DNA of 32,000 bases from an uncultured bacterium (GTDB lineage Bacteria > Margulisbacteria > WOR-1 > CAVSGV01): contig OY969425.1 of the NCBI GenBank assembly GCA_963699255.1, positions 1,080,001-1,112,000 of the forward strand, in the 5' to 3' direction. How positions within the stretch are numbered: position 1 is the stretch's first letter; each line of letters opens with the position of its first letter. This document shows positions 28,973-32,000 of this stretch, piece after piece. A program made the translations under genes and the position numbers. Below the pieces are notes generated by a model that worked only from the letters and a program-made list of their open reading frames with translations, ran no database searches and had not been told where the DNA came from.

Positions 28973-29302
28973 ATGAAAAAGAGATTATATAAGTTAGTTG
29001 TTTTCGTTCCTCAAACACATATTGAACAGGTCCGACTGGCCGCCGCGAACGCGGGCGCGGGCGGGATCGGCAAATATGACAGCTGCTTTTTTATGACCTC
29101 AGGCATCGGCACATACAGGCCGCTTAAAGGAGCAAAACCCGCCAAAGGAGAGATTGGAAGGCTTGAGAGGGTCGGCGAGGTCAGGTTGGAGACGATAGTT
29201 CCAAAGAATAAACTTAAGAAAGTGATGGCCGCGATCAAAAAGGTCCACCCTTATGAAAAAGTAGCCTGTGATATTTACGAGCTAGCCGGAATAAACCCTT
29301 AG
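28973..29302 (+). CDS. Small NIF3/YqfO-insert-like (CutA-like fold) protein
   Basis: MKKRLYKLVVFVPQTHIEQVRLAAANAGAGGIGKYDSCFFMTSGIGTYRPLKGAKPAKGEIGRLERVGEVRLETIVP...HPYEKVACDIYEL. Confidence 0.75.
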   Translation: MKKRLYKLVVFVPQTHIEQVRLAAANAGAGGIGKYDSCFFMTSGIGTYRPLKGAKPAKGEIGRLERVGEVRLETIVPKNKLKKVMAAIKKVHPYEKVACDIYELAGINP

Positions 29303-30049
29303 CTTCCCCGTCTTAGGATTTTTCCTTACTTCCAATTTCATCTTATATGCGAGCCTCAGATTGTCATTCGTAAGGACCGCATCCGATCTTCCAAAAGCCA
29401 CGACTTCTCCGCCCTTTAGGAGCATGAGCTTCCTGCTGAACCTCGCCGCCAGATTAATATCGTGGAACGTGGCTATGATCACCTTGTCCTCACGCATGCG
29501 CCTGAGCATCCTTAATACTTTAACCTGGAACCTGAAATCAAGATGGGAGGTCGGCTCATCCAGCAGCAGGATCTTTGGTTCCTGCGCGAGAGCGCGAGCT
29601 ATCGCCACCCTCTGGAATTCACCGCCTGACAGACTTGTTACGGGAGTGTCGATCAGGTGCTCCACCTTGAGCTCCTCGGCCGCCTTATCGGCTTCTTTAT
29701 AATCTTTATCCGTTTCGAAAGCGAACCTTCCGATATACGGCGTCCTGCCCAGCAGCACCGTCTCTTCTACCGTGAACCCGGCCGTGGGCACCATCATCTG
29801 GGGAACAAAAGCTATCCGCTTCGCGAGCTCCCTCCTGTTTATTCTTCTTATGTCTTTTCCTCTTACCTTTACCTGACCGTTGGTTATGTTTATCAATCCC
29901 GATATGGCTCTGAGGAGGGTGGTCTTGCCGGACCCGTTAGGCCCGATTATCCCGATAAAATCCCCGACATCAGCGTCAAAATTTACGTTCTTTATCACCA
30001 CATTGTTTTCATAACCTGCATCAAGGGCTTCTACTTTCAGCATTTCCAT
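29282..30049 (-). CDS. ABC transporter ATPase, FecE/BtuD family
   Basis: GPNGSGKTTLLRAISGL, TSLSGGEFQRVAIARAL, ILLLDEPTSHLDF. Confidence 0.93.
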   Translation of the reverse strand: MEMLKVEALDAGYENNVVIKNVNFDADVGDFIGIIGPNGSGKTTLLRAISGLINITNGQVKVRGKDIRRINRRELAKRIAFVPQMMVPTAGFTVEETVLLGRTPYIGRFAFETDKDYKEADKAAEELKVEHLIDTPVTSLSGGEFQRVAIARALAQEPKILLLDEPTSHLDFRFQVKVLRMLRRMREDKVIIATFHDINLAARFSRKLMLLKGGEVVAFGRSDAVLTNDNLRLAYKMKLEVRKNPKTGKLRVYSG

Positions 30050-30870
30050 TATAATCCCAACCTCCTTCTCTGCATTGCGTATATGAACAGCGGACCGCTT
30101 AAAACCATCATGACGATCCCCAGCGGTACTTCCGTCGGGAATATTATCCTTGAGAATATATCGATCAAAATAACAAGCGAAGCAGATGTCAATATTGAAG
30201 CGGGGATCATGTACTTATAATTGAACCCGGTCACAAGCCTGACATAATACGGGATTATCAAGCCCGCAAGGCACAAAAGGCCGCAGGCGTATACGGCAGC
30301 AGCCGACAGGATCAAAGTGACGATGAAAAGAAATACCCTGATCCATCTCACTTCCACTCCCAACGTTTTTGCCGTATATCCGCCGAACAAAAGCGCATTC
30401 AGGTCCTTGTAATAAAACACATAAACCACAAGTCCCGCCAGTATGAACAGGAACGTGATAAATACTTTATACCATGTAGTTCCGGTCAGGCTCCCCAGAA
30501 GCCAGGGGTATAATGAATGCAGGTTCAATCCGAAAGCGATCATGAAAACGGAAACCGCCGCGACAGCGGATGCGGCCAGGTAAAATAATTTAACGGCCAG
30601 ATTATCGATAATTATCACGCCGAATATGCCGAGCATTATGGAGCCGGCCATGGCGAGCAGCGTGCCGGAAAGTATCTCAAGAAAAAGGCGGGGCATCCTT
30701 ATTTGCCAGATCATCAAGGAAACATTTGTGCCGCCAAAAGCAAAGACGGACGTGAAAACTTTCTGGGCGGATATTTTTGTGGAACCTATAAGCAGTGAAA
30801 GGAAAGACAGGATAACGATGACGATCAAAAGATAAACAACAAAAGGCAGCCGGGTCTTTAGTCTGCTCAT
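30049..30870 (-). CDS. FecCD/BtuC-family permease, short
   Basis: IRMPRLFLEILSGTLLAMAGSIM, PWLLGSLTGTTWYKV, LGVEVRWIR, CGLLCLAGLIIPYYVRLVTG; 273 aa. Confidence 0.85.
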   Translation of the reverse strand: MSRLKTRLPFVVYLLIVIVILSFLSLLIGSTKISAQKVFTSVFAFGGTNVSLMIWQIRMPRLFLEILSGTLLAMAGSIMLGIFGVIIIDNLAVKLFYLAASAVAAVSVFMIAFGLNLHSLYPWLLGSLTGTTWYKVFITFLFILAGLVVYVFYYKDLNALLFGGYTAKTLGVEVRWIRVFLFIVTLILSAAAVYACGLLCLAGLIIPYYVRLVTGFNYKYMIPASILTSASLVILIDIFSRIIFPTEVPLGIVMMVLSGPLFIYAMQRRRLGL

Positions 30871-30884
30871 TTACTCCCCCCGAT

Positions 30885-31787
30885 CTATGGTAGGGACCAT
30901 CCATGTGCAAATGCCGCTATTTCCTCCAGCGCCTGCACAACCCTGGGTCCGGGCCTTGAAAAAACATCTGTCTCTATCGATACCGCCTTCTTGTTCTTCC
31001 CGGCGCTGGTCTTCCTGAAGTCCCTACTATTATATATACCTCTCGGATCGTTTGCAACATTTGTCCCTGTGATTATTACATCCGGATCGGCCTTTGATAT
31101 TTCATCCCTTTTCATCTCGGGGTACATACCTTTTCCCTTGGGAGAGACATCGATGAGGCCGGAAAGCTTAAGCAGGTCATGAAGATATGTGCCATCCGCA
31201 GCGACCGTAAGCGGGCGCTTTTTAACTACGACTACCGCCTTAAGCCTTCTCTCTTTCATTGCCCGCGCCTCGACCCATTCAACGCGGCGTTTCATTTTCT
31301 GAAGAAGGCTGTATGCCGAATGCTCCTTGTTCGTTACGGTCCCTATCACCGAGATCGTATTGTATATGTCGCGAAGGCTGTGAGGGTCCACCGCGAAGAC
31401 CTTTATAGGGCTCGGCTGAGATTCGCCCGATGCCGGCGGAAGCATTGTCCGCCTCAGCTGCGCAATGTCCGATTTTTGAGCCTCCAGGTTTGCCAGGACC
31501 AGGTCCGGCTTAAGTTCAGCGATCTTTCTGATGTCCGCCCTGTCATTGCCGACCTTCTCCGTCTGCTTTGCGTCTTCGGGATAATTGCAATTCTTCGTGA
31601 TCCCGACTATCTTGTCGTTCAGGTTCAAGGCAAAAAGTATTTCTGTAATGGCCGGATCGATAGATATTATCCTGGCCGGAGGCTGCTTTTGTTCCAGTAT
31701 GTCGCCGGACGCGTCCCTGGTCTTTATAGGATAAATGATCCTGTTAAAGCTTATTGCAGAGGCAATACCTGAAGCCAGAAACAACAT
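30885..31787 (-). CDS. Periplasmic substrate-binding protein of Fe-siderophore/B12 type (BtuF-like)
   Basis: PPARIISIDPAITEILFALNLNDKIVGITKNCNYPEDAKQTEKVG...IAELKPDLVLA; same operon as permease and ATPase. Confidence 0.85.
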   Translation of the reverse strand: MLFLASGIASAISFNRIIYPIKTRDASGDILEQKQPPARIISIDPAITEILFALNLNDKIVGITKNCNYPEDAKQTEKVGNDRADIRKIAELKPDLVLANLEAQKSDIAQLRRTMLPPASGESQPSPIKVFAVDPHSLRDIYNTISVIGTVTNKEHSAYSLLQKMKRRVEWVEARAMKERRLKAVVVVKKRPLTVAADGTYLHDLLKLSGLIDVSPKGKGMYPEMKRDEISKADPDVIITGTNVANDPRGIYNSRDFRKTSAGKNKKAVSIETDVFSRPGPRVVQALEEIAAFAHGWSLP

Positions 31788-31859
31788 TATAAGAATAATG
31801 GATGCTTTTCTAATTTTAATCTCCCCTTTTAGCCGGACAATGATACATTATGTTATGAT

Positions 31860-32000
31860 TTACTTTATCCCTAGCGACCTTAACATTTCGCTTGTGGCGA
31901 TAATCTTGCGCGGCTTATTGTCATCTTCAAGAGCTGATACTATCCCAGCGGCTTCCATTTCATCCATAAGCCTGGCGGCGCGATTGTACCCGATCCTTAA
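31860..32000 (-). CDS. ftsK: C-terminal end (gamma/winged-helix domain) of FtsK/SpoIIIE translocase, truncated by window
   Basis: Reverse-strand translation LRIGYNRAARLMDEMEAAGIVSALEDDNKPRKIIATSEMLRSLGIK*. Confidence 0.85.
   Translation of the reverse strand, partial: LRIGYNRAARLMDEMEAAGIVSALEDDNKPRKIIATSEMLRSLGIK

Noticed and set aside
31788-31860. Cobalamin riboswitch upstream of the BtuF-like gene
   Set aside because: The gap to the FtsK stop is too short for a B12 riboswitch and lacks its conserved box; substrate specificity left open.

Overview
The window looks like an uncultivated bacterial chromosome fragment carrying two related tRNA-associated recombinase regions. Left part (1-11.66 kb): a surface/secretion set made of a giant repeat protein with a FlgD-like C-terminus, a PorV-like protein, an NHL-repeat protein and a large beta-barrel-like protein. 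Chromosomal parts: an ABC-2 exporter pair, a TPP-riboswitch-controlled PurM/HypE-like gene, a LysM protein, a BtuF/BtuC/BtuD-like uptake operon, an FtsK C-terminus and five tRNA genes. The most interesting content is two copies of one accessory architecture. Copy 1 (about 11.7-16.8 kb) ends at tRNA-Glu(TTC). Copy 2 (about 25.05-27.82 kb) ends at a CAT-anticodon tRNA. Each copy has (i) a ~245-nt noncoding leader whose ends are perfectly complementary (14 and 13 bp) despite different sequences, with further covarying hairpins up to the Shine-Dalgarno; (ii) a DprA/SLOG-like Rossmann gene; (iii) a small Cys-rich ORF, translationally coupled to it; (iv) a large serine recombinase whose 3' end runs antisense into the tRNA gene; and (v) near-perfect long inverted repeats (153 bp and 185 bp) around the recombinase region. 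In copy 1 an exact 8-bp tandem duplication frameshifts the SLOG gene. A third cassette (21.27-24.85 kb: GHKL ATPase with excisionase-type HTH, HTH protein, trypsin-like protease) is flanked by a 47-bp inverted repeat carrying a TATAAT box and is a plausible new defence-type operon. All coordinates come from reading by eye; no similarity search or RNA folding was run.
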